This document shows, piece after piece, positions 40,623-49,957 of a DNA stretch of 64,000 nt. The notes under the pieces are model-generated. The model had not been told where the DNA came from. It saw only the letters and a program-made list of their open reading frames with translations, and made no database searches. Both the position numbers and the translations under genes were made by a program. The DNA is taken from the sequence record DRR723986_9346, one strand, 5' to 3'. Numbering within the stretch: position 1 is the first letter of the stretch; the number at the start of each line of letters is the position of its first letter.

Positions 40623-41177
40623 ATGGCATTAACACCTTCTAACATGCTGCCTTTAGGTACAAAAGCACCAGATTTTAGCCTAATAGATACAAAAGATGAT
40701 ACGATAAAATCTCTTAGTGAATTAAAAGGAGATACTGGGACTTTAGTAATGTTTATATGCAACCATTGCCCTTTTGTGATTCATGTTAATGAACAATTGG
40801 TTCAATTGGCAAATGATTATAAATCAAGAGGTATTAACTGCATTGCAATTTCTAGCAATGATGTTGTTAATTACCCACAAGATGGTCCAGAAAAAATGAA
40901 GCAACATGCTAAGGATAACAACTATCCTTTCCCATATTTATATGATGAGTCACAAGAAATTGCTAAAGCCTATGATGCGGCATGCACACCAGATTTTTTT
41001 CTATTTAATAGTGATTTAAAATTAGTTTATGCAGGTCAATTAGATAGCTCAAGACCAGGAAATGGCATACCAGTAACTGGAAGTGATCTCAGAGCCGCTA
41101 TGGATGCTTTGGTTAACAATGAAGCCATAGGTGATGATCAAAAACCAAGTATGGGCTGTAATATAAAATGGAAGTAG
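40623..41177 (+). CDS. Thioredoxin-like (AhpC/TSA, PRX-like) protein
   Basis: FICNHCPFV, YDAACTPDFF, SMGCNIKWK. Confidence 0.9.
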   Translation: MALTPSNMLPLGTKAPDFSLIDTKDDTIKSLSELKGDTGTLVMFICNHCPFVIHVNEQLVQLANDYKSRGINCIAISSNDVVNYPQDGPEKMKQHAKDNNYPFPYLYDESQEIAKAYDAACTPDFFLFNSDLKLVYAGQLDSSRPGNGIPVTGSDLRAAMDALVNNEAIGDDQKPSMGCNIKWK

Positions 41178-41181
41178 TAAT

Positions 41182-42099
41182 TTGAAGACGCTAGATTATT
41201 ATATTGTTGATGTATTTACAACTCAAAAATATGGCGGCAACCAACTTGGTGTTTTTGTAGATTATGACGATTTACTTTCTAATGAAGATATGCTTCAAAT
41301 TACCCGAGAGCTTAATTTTTCTGAAGTTACCTTTATAAAACAAAATTATAATAATGCAGAATTTACCGTACGCATATTTACACCTGAGTATGAAGTTCCT
41401 TTTGCTGGACATCCAACCCTAGGCACCGCATTTGTTATTTCAAAATATCTCATACCACATCCAAAAGAATCCATACTTTTAAAATTAAAGAAAGGTGATA
41501 TCCCAGTAAAAATTCATGGTATTAATGATATGGATTCTGCCGAGTTTACAATGACGCAAGTACAACCAGATTTCTTAGACGTCTTTGAACATAAAGAAGT
41601 TTCTAGTCGCTTAGGATTAGATTCACAACTAATAAATGAATCAAAACCCATAGAAGAGATTAGTACTGGTCTGCCTTATATTATAATTCCTCTAAAATCA
41701 TTGGAAGCTATAAATACAATGAACTTAGATTATCAGCAGGTTGTAAACTTTTTAAAATTGAAAAACAAATACAAAACCAATAGCACATCAGGACTAACAA
41801 CGTCATTATTCTTTTTTACTGATGAAACTTATGAAGATTCAAATAATTACAATGCAAGAATGTTTTGTATTGAAGGAAATACCATAATCGAGGATGCAGC
41901 AACAGGTAGTGCTAATGGTTGTCTATTGGCTTATCTGCTTAAACATCATTCTTCAGAAATAAAAGTCACTGTTGAGCAAGGGTTTCAGATGCAACGAAAA
42001 TCATATATCTACTTAGATGGTAAAAGAACAAACGACATCTATCAAATAAATGTTGGTGGTAATGTCGTTGATATTAGTAAAGGCCAATGGAAAATTTAA
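41182..42099 (+). CDS. PhzF-family isomerase
   Basis: VDVFT..GGN, NFSEVTF, RIFTPEYEVPFAGHPTLG, EDAATGSA; TTG start. Confidence 0.92.
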   Translation: MKTLDYYIVDVFTTQKYGGNQLGVFVDYDDLLSNEDMLQITRELNFSEVTFIKQNYNNAEFTVRIFTPEYEVPFAGHPTLGTAFVISKYLIPHPKESILLKLKKGDIPVKIHGINDMDSAEFTMTQVQPDFLDVFEHKEVSSRLGLDSQLINESKPIEEISTGLPYIIIPLKSLEAINTMNLDYQQVVNFLKLKNKYKTNSTSGLTTSLFFFTDETYEDSNNYNARMFCIEGNTIIEDAATGSANGCLLAYLLKHHSSEIKVTVEQGFQMQRKSYIYLDGKRTNDIYQINVGGNVVDISKGQWKI

Positions 42100-42614
42100 A
42101 AATTGATACACCTCGCCTAATATTAAGACCTGTAACCATTGAGGATATAGATGATTTCTTTGAGTTAGATTCCAACCCAAATGTTCATAAATTTTTAGGT
42201 AATCAACCTGTTAAAACTAAAGAACAATCAAAGGAAATGATTGAATCCATACTAAAACAATATGCTGAATTTGGTCTTGGGCGATTGGCTATTGTAAAAA
42301 AAGATACAGGTGAATTTATTGGTTGGTCTGGTATTAAATATGAGCAGAATGTAAGAAAAGAGTTTAATTACTATGATCTTGGCTATAGACTAAAAGAAAA
42401 ATTCTGGGGAAAAGGTTACGCTACAGAAGCTGCCTTGGCATCATTAGATTATGGATTTTATAACTTAAAACTAAAAGAAATATGTGCTGCAGCAGAAACC
42501 AATCATATAGCGTCTAACACAATTCTTAAAAAAATAGGTATGCAACCAAGTGGTACTTTTGAATTTGATGAAGAACTATGCAATTGGTATCGACTAAGAA
42601 ATCCAAATTTATAA
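42087..42614 (+). CDS. RimJ/RimL-type GNAT acetyltransferase
   Basis: TPRLILR, FIGWSG, LGYRL..FWGKGYATEA, N.AS..LKKIGM. Confidence 0.92.
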   Translation: MENLKIDTPRLILRPVTIEDIDDFFELDSNPNVHKFLGNQPVKTKEQSKEMIESILKQYAEFGLGRLAIVKKDTGEFIGWSGIKYEQNVRKEFNYYDLGYRLKEKFWGKGYATEAALASLDYGFYNLKLKEICAAAETNHIASNTILKKIGMQPSGTFEFDEELCNWYRLRNPNL

Positions 42615-42620
42615 ACTAAT

Positions 42621-42644
42621 AAAACCCCTTTTTCAAGGGGTTTT
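42621..42644. terminator. Bidirectional terminator
   Basis: AAAACCCCTT-tttc-AAGGGGTTTT. Confidence 0.85.
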
Positions 42645-42692
42645 ATCATCAATCAAATTAGTCTAAAACAAGTGTTATATATGACTTTATGT

Positions 42693-43418
42693 TTATTGTT
42701 GTTGTAATTTAAAGTTAATCGGTATGCTATAAGGAACACCTACTGGCTTATTACGTTGTTTACCTGGTTTCATTTTAGGAAGTAAACTAATTATACGTTC
42801 TGCCTCAGTTTCTAACAATTTATCTGGTCCACGGCTTTTAATCTTAGTTACCTTACCGTTTTTATCTATTAAGAAGAATACAAATACTCTACCTTTTATA
42901 TTTAACTCTGCAGCCAATTCCGGATACTTAAAGTGCTTATGAAGGTGTTGTTGCATTTTCTCTTGGAAACATGCTTTTAGTTGTGCGTTATTTCCTTTAC
43001 AACCTGGGAATACTGGTACACGCTCAATAACTGCAAATGGTACTTCTACATCTTCTTCTACCTCTTCTACTTCTACCTCCTCAATACCTACTTCACGCTC
43101 TTCAATGATATCATCCTGTCCTAACTCTGTACTTTCAACTACAGTCTCTTCTACGTCCTCAACATCTTCTACTATTGTAATAGCTTCATTAACAATTGTT
43201 TTCGGAGGAGGTGGAGGTGGAATGTTAATTGTAGTGATAGGAATATCTTCATCTATTTGTTCATCTAACATTAAGATATCAATCTTAGTACCTTCTCTGT
43301 CGTAAGTCTTATGTTCTAATCCTAAATACGTAAGGAGTAACATTATATTTAAGCCAACAGCAAAATATAAACTGCTGTTTCGACCTACATTGGCTTTTGG
43401 GTTCTTCTTGAGTTCCAT
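42693..43418 (-). CDS. tonB: Energy transducer TonB
   Basis: MELKKNPKA N-terminal TM, poly-Pro, acidic linker, P.FPGC, YP..A..IKGRV, PGKQRNKPV..IPINF. Confidence 0.93.
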   Translation of the reverse strand: MELKKNPKANVGRNSSLYFAVGLNIMLLLTYLGLEHKTYDREGTKIDILMLDEQIDEDIPITTINIPPPPPPKTIVNEAITIVEDVEDVEETVVESTELGQDDIIEEREVGIEEVEVEEVEEDVEVPFAVIERVPVFPGCKGNNAQLKACFQEKMQQHLHKHFKYPELAAELNIKGRVFVFFLIDKNGKVTKIKSRGPDKLLETEAERIISLLPKMKPGKQRNKPVGVPYSIPINFKLQQQ

Positions 43419-43467
43419 GACGTTTAATTTTATACTATAAAGTTAATTATCATAAAACGTAAAAAGT

Positions 43468-43481
43468 ATGACAAAAGTCAT
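43468..43481. promoter_or_regulatory. Palindromic operator upstream of tonB (Crp/Fnr-like geometry)
   Basis: ATGAC-AAAA-GTCAT perfect 5-4-5 inverted repeat about 50 nt upstream of tonB. Confidence 0.4.
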
Positions 43482-43509
43482 GTTAGACTCAAAATCAAGA
43501 TTTTAACAA

Positions 43510-45659
43510 TTAGAGATTGTCTAATTGGTTGTCTTTGCCATCTTCACTAATAGTCCAAAATAAGCCTACAAAAAAGAACTGATCTGCAGCAGGAGTTAAG
43601 GCTCTTCTACTAAATTGACCATTTATGTCTGTTGTATTTGAATACTGATAGCCATTAATATTATTGAATCCTAAAATGTTATTAACTGAGAAATACAATA
43701 TCTTTTGCTGATCTAACAGGTACGCCCAATTAAAGCTTAAGCTATTAAATGCTTTTGTTCTTTCGCTAAGAAATTCATTAGTATTAGGATTAGTGTAGGG
43801 TCTACCTGAAGAATAGGCATAAGCTAATCCTACTTGACTTTTCCAACTATCTATCCAATATTTACCTACAATAGACAAGTTATGGTTGGTTGCAAAATTT
43901 GGCTGTGCTGGTGATTCAAAGTTTCTGTTATCGCGTTCTGTATCTAAATATGAGTAACTAACCCAATAATCTAAATTCTTAACACTAGTGTTATCTCTCC
44001 AAAATAGATCAACACCTTGTGCATAGCCGTAACCAGATGAATTAAAGTTAGCATCAAAACCTTCAAAATGAGTATTAAACTTTACTAAGTTATCATAATC
44101 TTTTCTATACGCTTCTGCTCTAAATATTTTACCATTATTTACATACTGATAGTTTAATATATAGTGTGTGGTTTGTTCTGCTTGAAGATTATCTTCAAAC
44201 TTTAAAATAGCACTATTGGGATTCTGAAAGAAATTACCATAGGCTAATGAGATTTGTCCATTGTCTGACGTCTTATAGGCCAAAGCAACTCTTGGTGCAA
44301 AATCGGTGGTGCTAAAAATAGAGCTATAATCTGCATGCAGCCCAACCTTTAAAGCAAGATCTTTAGAGAAGATAAGATCGGCTTCGGCAAATCCCGCAGT
44401 GATGTTATTTTATAACCAGAATCTTCATCTATTGATCCATCTTTAAAATTCTCATCAAAGCTGGTAATAAACTGGTCGGAACCGAAACTAATTTTAAACC
44501 TACTACTAAATCGTTTTTTCAATTTAAATTTTAAGTGCGCAGAATTCTCAGTGTTACTTATATCACTAGTTTCTGCACCTAAGTCATTAACAGCGTACGT
44601 ATAACTTAGACCTGTATTAATGGTCCAGCCATTTCCAAAAATACCTTTATAAGAGGTGTTAACATAAAAGTTGTTGTTATTCAACTTAAAATCTAAACCA
44701 TCTTCTAAATTAATATCTTCTTGAGTGAGCTGAAATTTTGAAGTATCAAAAGCAGCATAAAACTTAAGCATACCATTATTTAGACGTTGTCTATAAACTG
44801 TTTCTCCCTGAGCACCAGCATACGGCGTCTGCCAATCGTTTCTATCTTCAAATACAGCCAAATAGGGTGCTAAATTTATGTAAGAAGCATTAACGCTCAG
44901 TGATGATTTTTCCCATTTTTGAGTATTACCCAGTGTTGCACCAACAGTCATAATACCAATATCTGTTTTTTCCTGATCGGGCTCATCAATGGTATTTAAT
45001 AAAAGTACACTCGATAATGCCTGACCATACTCTGAAGAATAGCCACCTGTTGAGAAGGTAATACCATCGAATAAAAATGGTGAATATCTACCTCGTGTAG
45101 GAATATTATTTGTTGTGGGCGAATATGGTGTAAAGACTCTAATACCATCAATAAATATTTGAGTTTCGTCTGCACTACCACCTCTTACAAAAAGACGACC
45201 ATCTTCTGATACATTAGAAGTTCCGGGAAGCGTCTGTAAAGCACCAACAAAATCTCCAAGCGCACTCGCGGTAGTCACTACATCCATTGGTTTTAAAACA
45301 GACACTTTACTATTGTCGTTGGCTTCAAATGTTCCTGCACTTAATACCACAGCATCTAAAGATTCTACGTCTTCACGCAACTTAATGGAAAGATTAGATA
45401 ATTGTGAAACATCATTAGTTATGGTTTTCGTCTCATAGGATAAGTATGAAATAACTAAAGACATAGTTCCTGTTTCTTCAGTTTCAAATTGAAATTTACC
45501 TACTTCATCCGTAGTAGCACCGTCATAAGTACCATCTAAATATACATTAGCACCCATTATAGGATGATTTTTTTGGTCTACTACTTTTCCTGAAATGGTC
45601 GTTTGAGAAAAACAGAAGCCGGTAAGTAGCAGAACAATAATTGTGATTGAATTTTTCAT
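43510..45659 (-). pseudogene. TonB-dependent receptor with carboxypeptidase-like N-domain, frameshifted near 44408-44411
   Basis: 5' ORF (ISGKVVD, LDAVVL, LFVRGG plug) drifts after DSGYK; the shifted frame reads NNITAGFAEADLIFSKDLALKVGLHADY..FAPRVALAYKTSD into the 3' ORF 43510-44283. Confidence 0.82.
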
Positions 45660-45739
45660 TTTTTGATTGATGATTAACTGTTCGTTTTTGATTATGGAAC
45701 AAATTTGAGGCATTTACCAACTAAATAGAATTCTTATTA

Positions 45740-45769
45740 ACCGAACTGTTATTTTATAATGATGAATTG
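45740..45769 (-). promoter_or_regulatory. LytTR-type tandem direct-repeat operator upstream of TBDR
   Basis: CAATTCATC-N12-CAGTTCGGT on the minus strand; near copy at 60718-60747. Confidence 0.6.
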
Positions 45770-45843
45770 AATATATTTGATTCTTATGCTCAATATTACT
45801 TAGAGAAACACATCAACACCGAGCACTGAATAAAACAACGCCT

Positions 45844-46530
45844 ATGCTAACAAATAAAGAAAAACAGTTTAGTATACTATTCTTTATAATAGTGCTATTA
45901 GAACTCATTACTGGTAGTTCTGAAGCTTTACAATATTCACATTACATTGCAAAGCCGGCTATTGTTATGAGTTTGATTTTTTTATTGATCAACACCGGTA
46001 AACATCTGCCCAAACCTATTTTAAACAAAATACTTGCTGCATTAATTTTTTCATTGCTAGGTGACATTTTACTCATGTTTGTAAATTATTCTGGTCACTT
46101 TTTCACAGTAGGTTTAATCGCGTTCTTAATAGCGCATGTGTTTTATGTTATGGCTTTTCTAGAACATAAAAACAGTAAGAAATCTGCATTAGGATTTATA
46201 ATTGGTTTAATGGTATACGCTGCTTTTCTATTTTATGTATTGATAGATGGCTTAGGGTCAATGCTAATTCCTGTGATTATTTATATGCTCGTAATATTAA
46301 CCATGGCAACATCAGCTTATCTTCGAAAAAATAGTGTAAGTGATCTGAGTTATAAATTAGTTTTTATTGGTGCCATTATGTTTATGATATCCGATAGTGT
46401 ATTGGCATTCAACAAGTTCTATGAGCCATTACCACTCTCTAATTTAAGCATAATGTTTACTTATGCTCTTGCACAATACTTAATTGTCTTAGGAATATTA
46501 AAAATAAATGTAACAAACTCTAAAGTATAA
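45844..46530 (+). CDS. yhhN: Lysoplasmalogenase, YhhN family
   Basis: AKP, FSLLGDILL, GLIAFLIAHVFY, GAIMFMISDSVLA, TYALAQ. Confidence 0.9.
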   Translation: MLTNKEKQFSILFFIIVLLELITGSSEALQYSHYIAKPAIVMSLIFLLINTGKHLPKPILNKILAALIFSLLGDILLMFVNYSGHFFTVGLIAFLIAHVFYVMAFLEHKNSKKSALGFIIGLMVYAAFLFYVLIDGLGSMLIPVIIYMLVILTMATSAYLRKNSVSDLSYKLVFIGAIMFMISDSVLAFNKFYEPLPLSNLSIMFTYALAQYLIVLGILKINVTNSKV

Positions 46531-46563
46531 CTACTAATTGAGTAACTAACCATTTTTCATCAA

Positions 46564-47058
46564 TTGAATAAAGAACTAGAACATAGTTTTGTTGAGCAGT
46601 TACAGAAGCATCAAAACATTGTGCATAAGGTATGTCGTTTATATACCAACAATAAGGATGCTCATAATGATTTATTTCAAGAAATCACTATTCAACTGTG
46701 GCGTGCTTATCCTAAATTTAGAGGAGACTCTAAGTTTAGCACCTGGATGTACCGTGTTGGCTTAAATACAGCAATAACGCTATATAGAAAGTCTAAGCGC
46801 AGAATAAACACACAAGAGTTTGACAATGTTGAATTTAAAATAAAAGCAGAAGAATATGACGATACGGAAGAACAACAACTTAAACTATTGTATAACGCAG
46901 TACATCAATTAAACGATATTGAAAAAGCACTGGTTTTTCTATATCTAGAAGACAAGGACTATAGAGAAATAAGCGCGACTTTAGGTATAACTGAAGTTAA
47001 TGCACGAGTTAAAATGAATCGTGTAAAAAAGAAATTAAAAACAATACTAAATCCGTAA
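46564..47058 (+). CDS. ECF RNA polymerase sigma factor
   Basis: DLFQEITIQLW, SKFSTWMYRVGLNTAI, YREISATLGITEVNARVKMNR; TTG start. Confidence 0.93.
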   Translation: MNKELEHSFVEQLQKHQNIVHKVCRLYTNNKDAHNDLFQEITIQLWRAYPKFRGDSKFSTWMYRVGLNTAITLYRKSKRRINTQEFDNVEFKIKAEEYDDTEEQQLKLLYNAVHQLNDIEKALVFLYLEDKDYREISATLGITEVNARVKMNRVKKKLKTILNP

Positions 47059-47062
47059 AACT

Positions 47063-47695
47063 ATGGATGAATTAGAATTATTAAAAAAGGATTGGAAAAA
47101 GGATTCATCAGATTATAGTAGATTCTCTGACTCTGACATTTATACGATGTTACATAAAAAGTCATCGTCTATTGTAAAGACCTTATTTTATATAAGTGTA
47201 GCAGAACTAGTATTTTGGATACTTATTAGTTATGTGCCGTATGTCTTTTCAGAGAATATGAGAGAACGTCTTCAAAGTAGTTATGAAAACCCACTTTTTG
47301 TAGGCTTATCTATTTTGGGATTTTTAGTCATTTTCTTATTTGTCTATTTATTATATAAATCTCATAAATCTATTTCTACAACAGATAATGCCAAAAAGCT
47401 CATGGAGAGCATTTTAAGAACACGAAAAATTATTAAGTACTATGTTCTTTATAATTTAATAATGATTTTTATTTCTATCCCGTTATCGCTGTATTTTGAA
47501 TTTAATCAAAATGCCGAGTTTCATGACCAGGTGGCAAGTTTCGATTCTCAGCAAATGATAATGCTATATGCTATAGTTACTTTGGTGACAGCAGCATTTT
47601 TAGTAGTTATATGGTTATTTTATAAGTTGCTTTACGGTATATTATTAAAACGTCTCAATAGAAATTACGATGAACTTAAAAAACTCGAAGTTTAA
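47063..47695 (+). CDS. Membrane protein, probable anti-sigma partner
   Basis: MDELELLKKDWK N-terminus, four TM segments, 4 nt after the ECF stop. Confidence 0.7.
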   Translation: MDELELLKKDWKKDSSDYSRFSDSDIYTMLHKKSSSIVKTLFYISVAELVFWILISYVPYVFSENMRERLQSSYENPLFVGLSILGFLVIFLFVYLLYKSHKSISTTDNAKKLMESILRTRKIIKYYVLYNLIMIFISIPLSLYFEFNQNAEFHDQVASFDSQQMIMLYAIVTLVTAAFLVVIWLFYKLLYGILLKRLNRNYDELKKLEV

Positions 47696-47697
47696 TT

Positions 47698-48498
47698 TTA
47701 CCAATCTCTAAGCTCTTTATTTAAGCGCTCTTTTTCTTCTAATTCCTCTTGAGGAATCACTTTTAAAAATGAAGGATGTTGCTCAATAGCAAATTCAATT
47801 TTTTCGACAATTTCGGCGATAGATTCATTTTCGTAATCTATTTTTAATGGCTCTTTTACTTCAAAAGATTGATATATATTCTTCTTCTTTATCCGTAATC
47901 CTTTTTTATCAAAGGAGCGTCTAAAACCATCTATAACAATTGGTACAACAATGGGCTTATACTGTTTTATAATATGAGCAGTTCCTTTTCTAATGGGCTT
48001 AAATGGTGTTGTAGTTCCTTGCGGAAAAGTGACTACCCAACCATCATCAAGTGCTTTTTTAATGGCACTAATATCACTCATTTTTACCTGACGATTTACA
48101 TCTTTACCTTGAGAGCGCCAGGTACGTTCAATGCTTATAGAACCTGTATAGGCAAAAATTTTAGGTATTAAACCAGATTTCATGGTTTCCTTTGCAGCTA
48201 CATAGTACATATTTAACTTAGGATTCCATAGATATCCAACATTTTTAATACTGTCTAAACGACCACTTAAACTTGCATTAAACACATGAAACATTGCTAT
48301 TACATCTGCAAAATAGGTCTGATGATTAGAGATAAATAATACGTTAGTATCTGGTAAGTTCTTTATAATTTCTGAGCCTTCAATATGCAAATCGTTGAAA
48401 CCTCTAAAGCGTTGATGAGTAAGAAGGCCAAGGATTCTAATTAACCACTTTTTAACCCAAAGTACATGTCCAAAAGGATTCTTTTTGAATAATCCCAT
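47698..48498 (-). CDS. Lysophospholipid/glycerol acyltransferase (PlsC-like)
   Basis: SNHQTYFAD (HxxxxD), VTFPQGT, IVPIVI. Confidence 0.9.
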   Translation of the reverse strand: MGLFKKNPFGHVLWVKKWLIRILGLLTHQRFRGFNDLHIEGSEIIKNLPDTNVLFISNHQTYFADVIAMFHVFNASLSGRLDSIKNVGYLWNPKLNMYYVAAKETMKSGLIPKIFAYTGSISIERTWRSQGKDVNRQVKMSDISAIKKALDDGWVVTFPQGTTTPFKPIRKGTAHIIKQYKPIVVPIVIDGFRRSFDKKGLRIKKKNIYQSFEVKEPLKIDYENESIAEIVEKIEFAIEQHPSFLKVIPQEELEEKERLNKELRDW

Positions 48499-48546
48499 AG
48501 TTAGTGTTCAGTTTTTATAGGTTACAAATGTAATAAATAAGCTAAG

Positions 48547-49188
48547 CTACAAGACCTGTTTTAACAAGTCTTTTATTTCACCCAACATCATAGCTGTTGC
48601 TCCCCAAACCACATGGCCATTAAGGTGAAAAGCCGGAACGTCTACCTCAACATTAAAAGACGTTGGTACTCTTGTAGTTATGGCATTTTCATCATTCAAA
48701 AAATCAAGTAAATCAACTTCAATAATATCTTCAACCTCCTCTTCTTGTTTTATAAATTGAGGTGTATGCTCAGATACAGCCAAATAAGGATGTACTAAAA
48801 AATTACTTGGAGGAATATATAGAGGCGACATAGGTTTTACAATGTTTACCATATGCTCTGGCACACCAACTTCTTCTTTTGTTTCCCTTACTGCTGTAAC
48901 TAATAAGTTTTTATCTTGGTCTTCATACTTACCACCTGGAAATCCAACCTGTGCCGAATGTACACCTTTATATGTCTTTCTTAGAATGAGTACCAAGTAT
49001 GTTTTTCCTGAATCATTAGGATAAAACAAGGCTAAAACACCTGCCTTCTTTGCAGATTTCGCTTTTTCTTTCATGCGTTTAGCCAATTCTAAACGATAAG
49101 GAGGAGACATTTTTGCATGAGAGACTTCGCCAAAAAGCTCTATATGTTTTATTTTTACTAAAGATTCTAAAAACGTATTAAAAACCAT
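48547..49188 (-). CDS. Nudix hydrolase, CoA pyrophosphatase type
   Basis: HSAQVGFPGG, TAVRETKEEVG, VWGATAMML. Confidence 0.92.
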   Translation of the reverse strand: MVFNTFLESLVKIKHIELFGEVSHAKMSPPYRLELAKRMKEKAKSAKKAGVLALFYPNDSGKTYLVLILRKTYKGVHSAQVGFPGGKYEDQDKNLLVTAVRETKEEVGVPEHMVNIVKPMSPLYIPPSNFLVHPYLAVSEHTPQFIKQEEEVEDIIEVDLLDFLNDENAITTRVPTSFNVEVDVPAFHLNGHVVWGATAMMLGEIKDLLKQVL

Positions 49189-49190
49189 TT

Positions 49191-49895
49191 ATGAGATTTC
49201 TATTAGTTGTATGTATTAGTTTATTATTATGGAATTGTGAAGATAAACAAACTTCTAAAAAAAATGACGCCAATATTGCCAAAGATACTGCTGCAGTAGC
49301 AATAGATAGTTCAACTAAAAAAACGATTATAGAACAAGATTTTCAGGTATTGACAAATGAAAATGCTATGGATTTCTTTTTGCAATATGAAAAGGAAAAT
49401 TCAGAAAACAAGGTACGAATCGTTACTGATTATGGCAATATTGATATTTTACTTTATGATAAGACTAAATTTCATCGTGCTAATTTCATCTATATTACCA
49501 AACGTGAATATTATAATGGCACACAGTTTTATAGAGTGGTTAAAGATTTTGTAGTTCAAGGTGGTAGTAGTGATGCTTTAGACCTTTATAAAAAACGACG
49601 AAAAATAGGTAAATACCTTTTACCACCAGATACTAAGCGTGGTTATATACATCAACGTGGTTCTATTTCAATGCCTAGTAGTGAAATTGAAAACGCCTAT
49701 AAACTCGCTTCACCATTTCAATTTTTCATTGTTATGAATAGGGAAAAAGCCAAACATTTAGATGGAGATTATACGGTATTTGGTGAAGTTATTAAAGGAA
49801 TGGATGTCGTTGATAAAATAAATGCTGTGAAAACTGATGATGGTGATTGGCCACTTCAGAATGTGTATATAAGAAAAGTAGAAATTATAGAATAA
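49191..49895 (+). CDS. Cyclophilin-type PPIase, probable lipoprotein
   Basis: FYRVVKDFVVQGG, QFFIV, HLDGDYTVFGEVIKGMDVVDKI. Confidence 0.9.
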   Translation: MRFLLVVCISLLLWNCEDKQTSKKNDANIAKDTAAVAIDSSTKKTIIEQDFQVLTNENAMDFFLQYEKENSENKVRIVTDYGNIDILLYDKTKFHRANFIYITKREYYNGTQFYRVVKDFVVQGGSSDALDLYKKRRKIGKYLLPPDTKRGYIHQRGSISMPSSEIENAYKLASPFQFFIVMNREKAKHLDGDYTVFGEVIKGMDVVDKINAVKTDDGDWPLQNVYIRKVEIIE

Positions 49896-49957
49896 TTAAG
49901 ATATCAACTTCTCTTTTTTTAATACCTTAGAATCGAAACTTTCTTAAACTAATTAAA

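Noticed and set aside
41182-42099. PhzF-family gene as evidence of phenazine biosynthesis
   Set aside because: No other phz genes; stand-alone PhzF-like isomerases are common
43040-43225. Short tandem-like repeats (TCTTCTAC, GGAGG)
   Set aside because: They encode the Glu/Val-rich and poly-Pro linker of TonB; not a CRISPR or VNTR
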